64,000 nt of DNA from a virus (IMGVR_UViG_642918906_000001:1-64000); one strand, 5' to 3'; shown: positions 19,957-29,178, counted from the first letter of the stretch. The notes: generated by a model not told the origin, from the sequence alone. Made by a program: numbers and translations.

Positions 19957-20778
19957 ATGGCATTTAGAAATTTCGCTGGTGAAAAATATGGGAAACTGAC
20001 CGTATTGAGTCTATCCCATAAAGTTGAGAAAGGGGATCGTATTTGGGATTGTGAATGCGAGTGTGGAACTATTGTAAAACGAGCTGGTAGCACACTACTA
20101 AGATCAAATAATGCATCGTGTGGCTGTGACCGTTACAACAATCTAATTGGTACACGTTATGGTAGGCTACTGGCGTTGGGTCGAGTAACAAAAATTGGTG
20201 AACCTCTAAAATGGAAATGTCGCTGTGACTGTGGGGTAGTGTTAACTGTTCTGGCGACGTCCCTCAAGAGTGGTCGTACAAAGTCGTGTGGATGTCTTAG
20301 GGACGAAGCTACTTCAGTTCGAATGAAGACACATGGTAAGAGTAAGACCCCTGTGTGGCACGTTTGGGTAGCGATGTGTCAACGGTGTAGAACTGATGAG
20401 ACGGGTCACCCCGAATATGGTGGCAGGGGAATAAAAGTATGTGATGAATGGTTAAAGTCCTTCGAGGCGTTCTATGCACATGTCGGTGACAGACCAAAAG
20501 GGATGACAATAGACCGTATTGATGTAGATGGTGACTACGAACCGTCTAATGTCAGATGGGCTACTGTTTCTACGCAGAATATTAATCAGCGTACCCGTAA
20601 AGATAATTCTACGGGTGTGAAAGGTGTGAGTAAAAGATCGAATGGTAAGTATCAAGCCAAGCTAAACATTAATGGGAAGACAATCCTTCAGAAAGAATTT
20701 GACACCATTGATGAGGCTATCAAAGCAAGACAGTGTGCCGAGGAGGTCTACCATAAGCCATTGCTTGACGCAAAATAA
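19957..20778 (+). CDS. free-standing HNH homing endonuclease with AP2-like C-terminal domain
   Basis: two G.KYG.L...W.C.C.CG...SCGC repeats, YGGRGIKVC, TIDRIDVDGDYEPSNVRWAT, NSTGVKGVS...F-x4-EA..AR; start moved to ATG 19957. Confidence 0.92.
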   Translation: MAFRNFAGEKYGKLTVLSLSHKVEKGDRIWDCECECGTIVKRAGSTLLRSNNASCGCDRYNNLIGTRYGRLLALGRVTKIGEPLKWKCRCDCGVVLTVLATSLKSGRTKSCGCLRDEATSVRMKTHGKSKTPVWHVWVAMCQRCRTDETGHPEYGGRGIKVCDEWLKSFEAFYAHVGDRPKGMTIDRIDVDGDYEPSNVRWATVSTQNINQRTRKDNSTGVKGVSKRSNGKYQAKLNINGKTILQKEFDTIDEAIKARQCAEEVYHKPLLDAK

Positions 20779-20818
20779 ATTGAGGGACATTAGTCCCTCA
20801 ATATACTTTTTTCTTTTT
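20779..20818. terminator. intrinsic terminator
   Basis: ATTGAGGGAC-ATTA-GTCCCTCAAT then T-rich tract. Confidence 0.85.
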
Positions 20819-22061
20819 ACTTTGTGTAATATGACTTACATAAAGTTCTAAGTGAAATGTAGAGATATAGTGCTGTCCTAACAGCCGCTATTTGCCCCGC
20901 GTGGCGTGAATTGGTTGCATTCTTTACGATGGCATCACCCATGTCACGAATCGTCAGCACGCGCACGTCAGACGTCTTGGGAGCCATTACCAATAACCGT
21001 AATCGGGTAACCAGATCTTTAAGGTCGTTTTGTCTTTGGACAGACGTTTTGATTGACTGCATGTATTCGAACGTGTATAACAAACATTCATCTACGAATT
21101 TAGTCAGGTCTTTAGAACGCGGCTGGTTAAAGTTACGAGCGATGAATTCTAATGAACTGATCAACATTGGTTCTGGTGCAGTGTGCATTGCACTCGAGAT
21201 AACAGACAGCAGCTCCGATTTAATAAGGTTCTCTTTAGACGTACAAATGAGATGAGCGTAAGAGATATAACTTCGGTAACCACTTGTTTTATCACGTAAG
21301 ACCATTTCACCGGCATCGGTTACCATCATGTCAGATGTAGTACGGATCGTCACACCGGAGTTCAGTACGGTAATGTACATGCCGTAGTATTTGTTAATTA
21401 ATTCACGTATCCTAGTCTGCGTGTCCGTTACTACACGTCGCATCCAATATTCTTCATCTACCCCAGGCTTATCATGCAGTAGTGGACCATAGATCGAATT
21501 AGGATCAATGATGCCTTCAGCTCGATCCTTTACAAGTTTACCCCAACTACCGATTGTCTTGATATCGAACTTGTAGTTGAGTTGTGCAAAGGTTGCTTCC
21601 ATTACTTCACGCCGCGCAGGGTACTTAAAACGTCGTACGAGCAACGATGTGATGTATTTGTAATGCAGTACTTGGAATGCGTGGCGGCACGCCTCATGCA
21701 CGGTTTTAAGCGGGATGTTAGTAGCCTTCATTAAACGTTGAGTAATGTAACCTGGAGTGTAGTTCATCACGTCTGATGCTACCTTCTGGTTCTTAGGATC
21801 AACGCCTTCGGCTCTTTGGAAGTCGTACTGAAGCATGTCTTCATCAACACCCAGTACGTCTTCAAACCAAAGCTCTCTGTCAGTGTCATAAAAATACACT
21901 GGGTTAACGCCCATCAGGACACCACCAAAGAAAGCAGAGTGGTCTTCGTTACGGTTCATGAATCGAATCGAATACTCGATGATTCGTTTGCATAGAGCTG
22001 CGTCGAATTTAACATCTTTGAAATGTTCATCTAGTACCTCCAGCATTGTTTGTTTAGCCAT
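20817..22061 (-). CDS. conserved phiKZ-like protein (gp32-like, probably virion associated)
   Basis: 414 aa, GAGG RBS; position after tail tube operon as in phiKZ. Confidence 0.65.
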   Translation of the reverse strand: MAKQTMLEVLDEHFKDVKFDAALCKRIIEYSIRFMNRNEDHSAFFGGVLMGVNPVYFYDTDRELWFEDVLGVDEDMLQYDFQRAEGVDPKNQKVASDVMNYTPGYITQRLMKATNIPLKTVHEACRHAFQVLHYKYITSLLVRRFKYPARREVMEATFAQLNYKFDIKTIGSWGKLVKDRAEGIIDPNSIYGPLLHDKPGVDEEYWMRRVVTDTQTRIRELINKYYGMYITVLNSGVTIRTTSDMMVTDAGEMVLRDKTSGYRSYISYAHLICTSKENLIKSELLSVISSAMHTAPEPMLISSLEFIARNFNQPRSKDLTKFVDECLLYTFEYMQSIKTSVQRQNDLKDLVTRLRLLVMAPKTSDVRVLTIRDMGDAIVKNATNSRHAGQIAAVRTALYLYISLRTLCKSYYTK

Positions 22062-22108
22062 GGCTGTAGCCTCGTTTGATTAATCAGATGATAAGGCTGC
22101 TGAGTTAT

Positions 22109-22141
22109 TAGAACCCTTTTAAACGCTATATTACATTTGTG
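22109..22141 (+). promoter_or_regulatory. early promoter
   Basis: TAGA(22109)-N14-TATATTAC(22127)-N4-GTG. Confidence 0.85.
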
Positions 22142-22167
22142 CAATATGTAGTTTAATGAGGTGATTT

Positions 22168-22269
22168 ATGTTTAAGAGTTTATTAGTTTGGTTTGGTTGC
22201 ATGGTGTTTCGCTCCATCCCCCTTTTATTGTTGCTCGAGATTATCGTCGCAGCATGGTTGATATTCTGA
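22168..22269 (+). CDS. 33-aa hydrophobic microprotein (not in ORF track)
   Basis: MFKSLLVWFGCMVFRSIPLLLLLEIIVAAWLIF; GAGGTG RBS. Confidence 0.7.
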   Translation: MFKSLLVWFGCMVFRSIPLLLLLEIIVAAWLIF

Positions 22270-22288
22270 TTTTATTTTAGTGATCAGA

Positions 22289-22320
22289 GGTGGTTGGGTT
22301 CGCCCAACCATCATTTATTT
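22289..22320 (+). terminator. hairpin terminator/attenuator
   Basis: GGTGGTTGGG-TTCG-CCCAACCATC then ATTTATTT. Confidence 0.7.
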
Positions 22321-22367
22321 AAGCTGTCTGCAATACCCAGAAATTAACCTTAACTAAAGGACCTACT

Positions 22368-22670
22368 ATGAACGCTAATTACGAATACGCTACTGATTAT
22401 CTCTACGAACAAGAGATCGATAAACCTAGTGTCACTAAAGGTGAAGCTTTGGCTAAAACCTTCGACTCAGTTGACCTGCTGGAGAAAGATGTAATGCGCC
22501 GTGCCCGCTGCATCCTCGGGATGCGTGGTATCAAGAATCCTGATCGTGTTCGCTTGAACATGACTAGCACTAACCGTATCCGCGGGCTGACCTTCACTGA
22601 AGATCAGTTGGCTGACATCGCTCGTGAAGTTGCAAGCGATACCCAGTATTGGGACATCGAATACTTCTAA
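22368..22670 (+). CDS. hypothetical protein
   Basis: AAGGA RBS; biased codons. Confidence 0.85.
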   Translation: MNANYEYATDYLYEQEIDKPSVTKGEALAKTFDSVDLLEKDVMRRARCILGMRGIKNPDRVRLNMTSTNRIRGLTFTEDQLADIAREVASDTQYWDIEYF

Positions 22671-22703
22671 CTGTAAAACTCAACTTAATTTAGAGGATCT
22701 AAA

Positions 22704-22952
22704 ATGGAACATCAAATCACTGGCGATGACCGTATCTACCTGAACACTGAGCTGGTCAATCCACCAATGTCCAATGGCGAACGTAAAAAGATCATGGCAC
22801 GCGAGCACAATCGCGCTTACGGGGCTGGTGAGCCAACTCGCCAAATCGAAACACTCGAGCAGTCTGTTCGTAGTATGGTCCAAGGTTTCCAAGAAGCCTT
22901 GGGTGTCCGACCTAAAGCCAAAAAAGAAAAGCGCTGGGGGAAGAAGAAATGA
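22704..22952 (+). CDS. hypothetical protein, basic C-terminus
   Basis: GAGGA RBS. Confidence 0.8.
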   Translation: MEHQITGDDRIYLNTELVNPPMSNGERKKIMAREHNRAYGAGEPTRQIETLEQSVRSMVQGFQEALGVRPKAKKEKRWGKKK

Positions 22953-23269
22953 TTTCTCCAGCTGGAATCATGCGGTTTGCCGAACTGGTTACTCTACTGG
23001 AAAAACTGGATACTCATAACGAGTTGACTCTAGCTCGTGAAGTTAAGTATCCTAACCAGAACTGGTTGGTTGTAAATCGTCGCACTGGTAAGGTGGTTAC
23101 TTTGGTAATCGACGATTTCAACTGCGAAGTGCATTACACCACTGGTAAACAAAAGTGGAAAACTCACGTCTACAGTTCTGAAAGAACTGGTGAATACATC
23201 ATCAAACATTTGAATGGTGAGCTTGCTCACATTTCCCCAACTCACTATGGTGAAGAGAATGATTGGTAG
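22949..23269 (+). CDS. hypothetical protein, paralog family
   Basis: ATGA overlap; similar to 23259. Confidence 0.8.
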   Translation: MISPAGIMRFAELVTLLEKLDTHNELTLAREVKYPNQNWLVVNRRTGKVVTLVIDDFNCEVHYTTGKQKWKTHVYSSERTGEYIIKHLNGELAHISPTHYGEENDW

Positions 23270-23552
23270 TCCTGGATTTCTGCGTCAAGCTGAATTGATC
23301 ACGTACCTCAATCAGAACACCGAGTACGAAGAACTCGAGTTCATTAAGCATGAATTCCTACCGGATCGCTGGTGTATCGGCAATACTGTTAAAGGACACT
23401 GGGTTCAGATTGCAGTGGTGCATGATGGAAAAGCCCTCGAAATCGATTACATGTTGGATGGACAAGGTCATCGTACCATGGCGGTATTCGATACCGAGAG
23501 CGTCGCCAAGCGGGCGTTGGCTTACCTGCGTGCTGAAACATCCTCGATCTAA
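23259..23552 (+). CDS. hypothetical protein, paralog family
   Basis: start moved to ATG 23259; MIGSPGFLRQAELITYL vs MISPAGIMRFAELVTLL. Confidence 0.8.
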   Translation: MIGSPGFLRQAELITYLNQNTEYEELEFIKHEFLPDRWCIGNTVKGHWVQIAVVHDGKALEIDYMLDGQGHRTMAVFDTESVAKRALAYLRAETSSI

Positions 23553-23582
23553 ATCGACACAACTGTTACAGGAGTAACTAAA

Positions 23583-24155
23583 ATGGGTAATGCAACTATC
23601 TTCGCTAACGCATTTCGTGAATGTGGTATCGGTGGCAAGTTCAGTAAATTCCAGATCGTTCAATCCAACGACTGGTTTGAATTGATGGACATCGATAGTC
23701 TCGAAGATTCACGTTTCTGCTTCCGGGTCTATGATGGTTTAGATCCACGTAAGTTCCGTCAAGTTACAAGTGGTGTGGCGGCTAACTTGCATAAGCAAGA
23801 TCCACAGTGGCACACTCATTTTCAAACCGCGCAAAAGGTGGTTGCTAAGATTGTTAGCCGTGATCCAAAACATGGCGAGAATCGTTATTACATCGATGAC
23901 CTCAACGGGTCGGTGATTGTAATCAACCGCATGTTCGTCATTGAGGTTACACCAGTACTGCGTCAAGTACCGGAGATCCCTACCAATGCCGTACTTGAGT
24001 TCCTTTCACTGTATTCCAAGACTGATATCACTGAGGCCAATAAAATCAAAGTCTTCAGTCGTTACGGTCAAGTCATGGTGTGCGTGGATGGATGTCAGCA
24101 ATTTAACTCTCTACTAACTGAAGAAGACTTCAACGAACAATACTGCGAGGCGTAA
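23583..24155 (+). CDS. hypothetical protein
   Basis: AGGAG RBS, 190 aa. Confidence 0.85.
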   Translation: MGNATIFANAFRECGIGGKFSKFQIVQSNDWFELMDIDSLEDSRFCFRVYDGLDPRKFRQVTSGVAANLHKQDPQWHTHFQTAQKVVAKIVSRDPKHGENRYYIDDLNGSVIVINRMFVIEVTPVLRQVPEIPTNAVLEFLSLYSKTDITEANKIKVFSRYGQVMVCVDGCQQFNSLLTEEDFNEQYCEA

Positions 24156-24538
24156 TGAAACACGACGTACAGGAAGTGACAACGCAAACCGTATTAGACT
24201 ACATCACTTTGAACCGTGAAGAAAGTGATGCGCCATGGGTCCAGTCAGTTATGGATTCCAAAACAGTCAAGATGTTGTTGTGTAACGGTGAGTATGCACG
24301 GCAACGTAAAGCGTATGGGATGTTCTTGGGTGGGACCATGATCGGTTACGCTGTAGTACATCGACCATCTGAAACACTGGACCTCCTGCACATCGCAGAA
24401 GACTTCCGTGAGATGGGCTATGCCAAAGCATTCCTTAGGGAACTCGATATCACTGCGGTGGCTGTAGATCCACGTAATACCCGCGCAATTAATCTTTATA
24501 CCGATCTCGGTTACGAATTAGATTTCATTGAGGAGTAA
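24155..24538 (+). CDS. GNAT family acetyltransferase
   Basis: motif A LHIAEDFREMGYAKAFL, motif B NTRAINLYTDLGY. Confidence 0.85.
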   Translation: MKHDVQEVTTQTVLDYITLNREESDAPWVQSVMDSKTVKMLLCNGEYARQRKAYGMFLGGTMIGYAVVHRPSETLDLLHIAEDFREMGYAKAFLRELDITAVAVDPRNTRAINLYTDLGYELDFIEE

Positions 24539-24542
24539 AAAT

Positions 24543-24854
24543 ATGTCGCGTTTTCTGTTTAATCCAGCTGTAGAAATGACCGCTGAGTTGTTTAAGTGGT
24601 TCCAGATGACTCAACCACTAAATGGCTCAGTGAGTGAGCCACGGGTACTGGTTCGCCAAACATCAAGGGGCCTGCTCTTCACTAAGATCAGCACCGGTAA
24701 GTCCCTCGAGGTGGTGTATAAAAACAGCACTTATGTCACACTTACGCCAGGTTTTAATGGCGTTGAGAATCTGAGTGACGAACAGCATATCGAAATCGAG
24801 CCTGGTTATATCGATCGAGTCGGTGAAACTATTGTTAAATACTTCGAGGCCTAA
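24543..24854 (+). CDS. hypothetical protein
   Basis: start moved to ATG 24543 (GAGGAG RBS). Confidence 0.8.
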   Translation: MSRFLFNPAVEMTAELFKWFQMTQPLNGSVSEPRVLVRQTSRGLLFTKISTGKSLEVVYKNSTYVTLTPGFNGVENLSDEQHIEIEPGYIDRVGETIVKYFEA

Positions 24855-24856
24855 AC

Positions 24857-25231
24857 ATGAACTACTTTCTAAGTCCAGATCGTCGCATGTGTCAGGAAGA
24901 CGAATTCCTGCAAGTACTACGTAACTCACTGGAATTGATCGGTGTGGGTGTAGCAGCTAACTACATCGAAGTCTCTCGTACTGCTGAAGGACTGGTGTTT
25001 ACACTGGGTGCTCGACAAGTAACGTTCTACCAACCAGTCGATGATGACAACTTCTGGTTGAAGTTGACTCGTGGTACCAAAGGTCGCACTGACACTCACT
25101 TCGAAGATAAAGAACATATCGACGCGGTGAACATTACACTGAACTGGTTGATCCATCAAGAGTTCTCCATTGATAACCACATCGAACTCACTGCACGTCT
25201 GGCTAAGGAGGCTAACAAATATGCTGAATAG
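24857..25231 (+). CDS. hypothetical protein
   Basis: GAGG RBS. Confidence 0.8.
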   Translation: MNYFLSPDRRMCQEDEFLQVLRNSLELIGVGVAANYIEVSRTAEGLVFTLGARQVTFYQPVDDDNFWLKLTRGTKGRTDTHFEDKEHIDAVNITLNWLIHQEFSIDNHIELTARLAKEANKYAE

Positions 25232-25586
25232 TTCGTTGTTGATGTCTCCGGCTATGACGAGTGAGTTTCTACTCATTCGAGAAGTCGAAGCTCGATTGTA
25301 TTCACTTCGTTCAACCAAGCATGGTATTGATTTCAATATCCATCTTGAAACGGAACGTGGTTTTCAGGTCTATCGTTCAGGTATCCGACGGGTAAATGTA
25401 CTGGTAACTGACAACGGTAAATTCGCTATCGATTATTTGGTCGATGGCGTGTTTCACCCTAACGATGGATCTTACGCCACTCAAACCCACCAGTTCGGCG
25501 AAGCCCATTTGCTCGCCGAGGAAATCGTAGAGTTCTTTCACGAACTACACCGCTCTAAAAACCCAGGGGTTCAAAATGTCCGATAA
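25221..25586 (+). CDS. hypothetical protein
   Basis: start moved to ATG 25221 (TAAGGAGG RBS). Confidence 0.8.
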   Translation: MLNSSLLMSPAMTSEFLLIREVEARLYSLRSTKHGIDFNIHLETERGFQVYRSGIRRVNVLVTDNGKFAIDYLVDGVFHPNDGSYATQTHQFGEAHLLAEEIVEFFHELHRSKNPGVQNVR

Positions 25587-25953
25587 AGATTACAAGTCAG
25601 TTGACATCGCAGTACAGATCAGTTCGTCTCTGGAAACTCTGGCGCTGTATCAGGACTTCAAAGAACGTAAGTGGTCGTATGAACAAGACCGGAGTGGTCC
25701 GTTACTAACCATCGGTAACTTCGGTGGTCGTCCGATCTGCATTGCGCCACTGATTCATCGGATCGGTGGTCTGAATGTGATGTATGTCGAAGCCACCAGT
25801 CCTCTGATCGATTGGGACTTCATCGATAACTGGATTCGTGAAGTTACAGGCAAGCCTGATATTCGTATCCAGAGTGATCCAATCAACCTGGGTAGTCGAA
25901 TCAGTAGCCTGTTGTGGGAACGTCATAAAGACGTACCTACTACACCGCTGTAA
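25576..25953 (+). CDS. hypothetical protein
   Basis: last gene before terminator. Confidence 0.8.
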   Translation: MSDKDYKSVDIAVQISSSLETLALYQDFKERKWSYEQDRSGPLLTIGNFGGRPICIAPLIHRIGGLNVMYVEATSPLIDWDFIDNWIREVTGKPDIRIQSDPINLGSRISSLLWERHKDVPTTPL

Positions 25954-25959
25954 GAAATA

Positions 25960-25999
25960 GACCCCCACCTTCGGGTGGGGGTCCTTACTTTTTCTTTTT
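25960..25999 (+). terminator. intrinsic terminator
   Basis: GACCCCCACC-TTCG-GGTGGGGGTC then T tracts. Confidence 0.9.
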
Positions 26000-26035
26000 G
26001 CTTATCGTATAGGTAATCCAAGAAGGAAGCCTAGA

Positions 26036-26335
26036 ATGGGTAAGCTAGTCAAACAAAAGAGTATCAAGATTCTTGAGGTCCTAATGGATCAGGTTGACAT
26101 TGAGCTATTTCATATTCCATTCGATCTCAAATGTTTTATCGATGACACTGGCTTGATAATGCAAAGACCTGATAGATGTGGTCGTTTGAGAATCTATCCG
26201 AAAGATGCTGACAGGATCGTAGTGGAAACTACAGTTGGCATAAACTTCAGGGTATTGGGATTTGACGTTAAGACCATAGCTGAACGTGCAGAAGTTAGTC
26301 GGTGGGTTGTTTCTCACTTTATGGATAATGACTAG
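26036..26335 (+). CDS. hypothetical protein
   Basis: AAGGA RBS; flanked by terminators. Confidence 0.75.
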   Translation: MGKLVKQKSIKILEVLMDQVDIELFHIPFDLKCFIDDTGLIMQRPDRCGRLRIYPKDADRIVVETTVGINFRVLGFDVKTIAERAEVSRWVVSHFMDND

Positions 26336-26358
26336 ATAAGGACTATCTAAATTTAATC

Positions 26359-26384
26359 GCCTCTCCGAAAGGGGAGGCCTTATG
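26359..26384 (+). terminator. hairpin terminator
   Basis: GCCTCTCC-GAAA-GGGGAGGC then CTTATG. Confidence 0.75.
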
Positions 26385-26420
26385 CCGTATCATGTGTACT
26401 CCTTATAGCTAGAGGTCATC

Positions 26421-27242
26421 ATGAGCTGCTGTACTCCTAGAGAAAAACCAGATTCCAATATCCCGTTTGAACAAATGGGTTGTCCTTGTGACACTTGGGC
26501 ACACTTGAAAGATATGTTTGTGTATCTGAAAGACGAGCGTGCCGGCGTGGTGCCATGTGTACCATCACAATTTACCGTACAGTGGAGTTTCATCGATGCG
26601 ATGACTTACATGTATTCGGTTACTGATGTACTAACCGGTGAGGTTATTGAATACAGTGTAGCTAAAGACTTCACTAAAGAATCCCCTCTGGAAGCTTTTG
26701 AGCGTGATTGGCGTACAAGGGAGCTCATGTATAACCGTGGAGTCGTTTGTGCTTTAAACGATCTCCTAGAGGCCATGGAAGACCTCAATCCCAATGTACA
26801 GTACAAGCTGGAACGTAAAGTCGGTCAAGGTTACTTGATTCACAAACCCATCGAACGTGAATTAGGTGTCGTGGTGTTTAAAGTCGAGTACCATGTCGTC
26901 GATCTGACTGAACGTCTAGATGGTCCAGAGCACTTTAAAGAACTTTATCCTGATAACAAGATTGTATTCCCTCAAGAACTTATTAGTGAAGTTGCATACG
27001 GCACTAATGTTCTGGTTCGTCGCTTTCGTAAGATCGGTGTCAGGTGGGAAGGAATCGTTTGTGAAAAGGTTAAAGACTTTGAACGGTTCTCGGTAATTGG
27101 TTTCAGCTATCGTGACCATGATACTGTGAACGTAGTTAAGATCAGTTATCAAGACATGGATCTTAATGACCCAACCCTCAGAACCTACCACGAATACTAC
27201 ACTAAACAAGGTCCACAAAATGGCTATTTCCACTGCAAGTAA
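26421..27242 (+). CDS. hypothetical protein
   Basis: 273 aa, GAGGT RBS. Confidence 0.85.
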   Translation: MSCCTPREKPDSNIPFEQMGCPCDTWAHLKDMFVYLKDERAGVVPCVPSQFTVQWSFIDAMTYMYSVTDVLTGEVIEYSVAKDFTKESPLEAFERDWRTRELMYNRGVVCALNDLLEAMEDLNPNVQYKLERKVGQGYLIHKPIERELGVVVFKVEYHVVDLTERLDGPEHFKELYPDNKIVFPQELISEVAYGTNVLVRRFRKIGVRWEGIVCEKVKDFERFSVIGFSYRDHDTVNVVKISYQDMDLNDPTLRTYHEYYTKQGPQNGYFHCK

Positions 27243-27567
27243 ATATGAGTTCGATATTGTCGCTACGGCTACGACTCTAAAGATTCCACCTAACGTACTT
27301 AAGATAATCATCCAGAAGCTTTTTAACATGCAAGGCTGGCGTTTGATTCCAGATACCGTTAGCTTTGTTGAGGTGGCTAAGGCTTTTACCGGTACAGCGG
27401 CTCCTGTAGGCCCCGTACTGATTAATGGTGAGGGAACTCTGACCATTGGTGTCCGTCAAGGTCAAGGTACCAACAAAGCGACTACGCAAGCTTACATCTG
27501 CAAAGCCGCTAAGACCGTATTTGATCTGAGTCCATGGGTAGCTACCATGGATGCTAGTTTGAAGTGA
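27220..27567 (+). CDS. hypothetical protein
   Basis: start moved to ATG 27220 (AAGGT RBS). Confidence 0.75.
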   Translation: MAISTASKYEFDIVATATTLKIPPNVLKIIIQKLFNMQGWRLIPDTVSFVEVAKAFTGTAAPVGPVLINGEGTLTIGVRQGQGTNKATTQAYICKAAKTVFDLSPWVATMDASLK

Positions 27568-27602
27568 CATAAGACCCCTCCTTCACGGGAGGGGCTTTAT
27601 TT
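27568..27602 (+). terminator. hairpin terminator
   Basis: CCCCTCC-TTCACG-GGAGGGG then CTTTATTT. Confidence 0.8.
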
Positions 27603-27626
27603 CGTTAACTCAATTTATTTGAGATT

Positions 27627-27641
27627 TATATCATGACTGGG
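27627..27641 (+). promoter_or_regulatory. variant early promoter
   Basis: TATATCAT-GACT-GGG in AT-rich gap after terminator. Confidence 0.55.
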
Positions 27642-27667
27642 TAATCTAAACCACTGAGGCTATAACG

Positions 27668-27943
27668 ATGACTACTGTAAACAAATTGTGGCGTAAGGCT
27701 CAAAAGAAAAAGCAACGTGACGCTGATAAGAAAAACCGCGGGCACTTAGTAGCGCAACACAACCTTACATTCGACCATCAGAAAGTAGTTGAAGCTGAGC
27801 AGGCTAATCAATTCAAGATTCAACAAGCTGGTGCTTGGGGTAGTCCATTCAAAGGTGAAGTCGACATCAAGGCACCCTCACTAGGTGAGATGTTCATGTT
27901 ACCTGAATCTAAACAATCAGTGGTTCTACCTAAAGGGGTATGA
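27668..27943 (+). CDS. hypothetical protein, basic N-terminus
   Basis: GAGG RBS. Confidence 0.8.
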   Translation: MTTVNKLWRKAQKKKQRDADKKNRGHLVAQHNLTFDHQKVVEAEQANQFKIQQAGAWGSPFKGEVDIKAPSLGEMFMLPESKQSVVLPKGV

Positions 27944-28353
27944 GTCGATGCAGGGTAAACTGCTTTCTAAATACTGAGGTTAATATGCAAGAAGATGACT
28001 CACGCGGTAGCACGATTAGCTTTGGTCAAATGAACTTGATGCCGGCCATTACAGTCCACGGTCGTGATTACGGGGTTGCCTACGAGAACATGACTGAAGA
28101 ACACCTTAAGGGTATTCCTGTACGTATCGAGGGTCGTACTATCGGGTATGTTGAATCCCTTAAAGACGGTACGGTGACGCTCAAGCTGAATGAAGGTGAA
28201 ACCCTAGACCTTGCACCTGAACCACAAGCAACATTCTCTATTGGCAACACAGCTATGATGGGTAAAGATCTCGAAGTGGCCCTGTTGGATAATGTCGATC
28301 AAGTGTTTAAAGCGGCACTGAATTTGGAGGTTGGTAATGAGTCGAGTAAGTAA
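27940..28353 (+). CDS. hypothetical protein
   Basis: ATGA overlap; alternative start 27985 with GAGG RBS. Confidence 0.75.
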   Translation: MSRCRVNCFLNTEVNMQEDDSRGSTISFGQMNLMPAITVHGRDYGVAYENMTEEHLKGIPVRIEGRTIGYVESLKDGTVTLKLNEGETLDLAPEPQATFSIGNTAMMGKDLEVALLDNVDQVFKAALNLEVGNESSK

Positions 28354-28603
28354 AGGTAAAGTAACTTATCTAAAACGTCTGTACAGAATCATTCAGTTTA
28401 AGCGGATCTTCGGTGACGTAACTGAGGAGCAAAAACAAGCATGGGATCGTTGGGTAGATGCGCCGAAAAATAAAGGCCCCACATTCCCAGTTAAGTTCCA
28501 AGTACAGGATCTATCATCGGTACTACATGAACCAGTTGATCAACTACCAATGAAAACGCTCTTTACTGAAAAAGGACCTACCAATGGACCAGTCATCTAC
28601 TGA
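28337..28603 (+). CDS. hypothetical basic protein
   Basis: start moved to ATG 28337 (GGAGG RBS). Confidence 0.75.
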   Translation: MSRVSKGKVTYLKRLYRIIQFKRIFGDVTEEQKQAWDRWVDAPKNKGPTFPVKFQVQDLSSVLHEPVDQLPMKTLFTEKGPTNGPVIY

Positions 28604-29003
28604 ACTACTCGTAAAAGAAATGGCAAAGAAAGGTTTCTACGTGGGTGAGCGTCGTCCTAGCGATGATGTCGACCTTGAGGTGTTTGTGACGATTACCCGT
28701 CCATCTCCATCAGCAGAGTATCTTGGATTCAAGCGAACCAAGCCTCGTCCTGCCAATATTGACAGTGACCAATATTTCGAAGTCCAGCCGGTAGTCAAGG
28801 TAGTTAGACGTGCCGGTACCGGGGACCATATGGTTCTGGCTACTAATCCGATAACTGGGCTGGGTGATATCGAGATGGATACCATGATCGGTAATGGTGG
28901 TCGTGCCGAACGACGTATGGGTAAACATGGTAACCTGTCTTCTGCCAAACACGGTGTTGATGGCGGATGGGTCCCGCCGCTGCCGGTAATTAATCGTAGT
29001 TAA
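28584..29003 (+). CDS. hypothetical protein
   Basis: AAGGA RBS. Confidence 0.75.
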   Translation: MDQSSTELLVKEMAKKGFYVGERRPSDDVDLEVFVTITRPSPSAEYLGFKRTKPRPANIDSDQYFEVQPVVKVVRRAGTGDHMVLATNPITGLGDIEMDTMIGNGGRAERRMGKHGNLSSAKHGVDGGWVPPLPVINRS

Positions 29004-29165
29004 AAGCAATTAGCTTTAATCGATTAGATTTATCTAATCTTAATTTGTTTATTTCTTAAATGTTTTTAGTATAATAAATAGTAATATTATGAGGGGGGTG
29101 CCTCGGTGGCCCCCGAATAATATTTCATTATTCTTAGTATAGCGTAAGCTATGCTAAATATGCCC
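29003..29165. other. AT-rich intergenic region with clustered inverted repeats
   Basis: GATTAGAT-TT-ATCTAATC (29022-29039), AATATTAT..GGGGG..CCCCC..ATAATATT, TTAGTATAGC-GTAA-GCTATGCTAA (29134-29157). Confidence 0.7.
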
Positions 29166-29178
29166 TCAAGAGGTCTGT

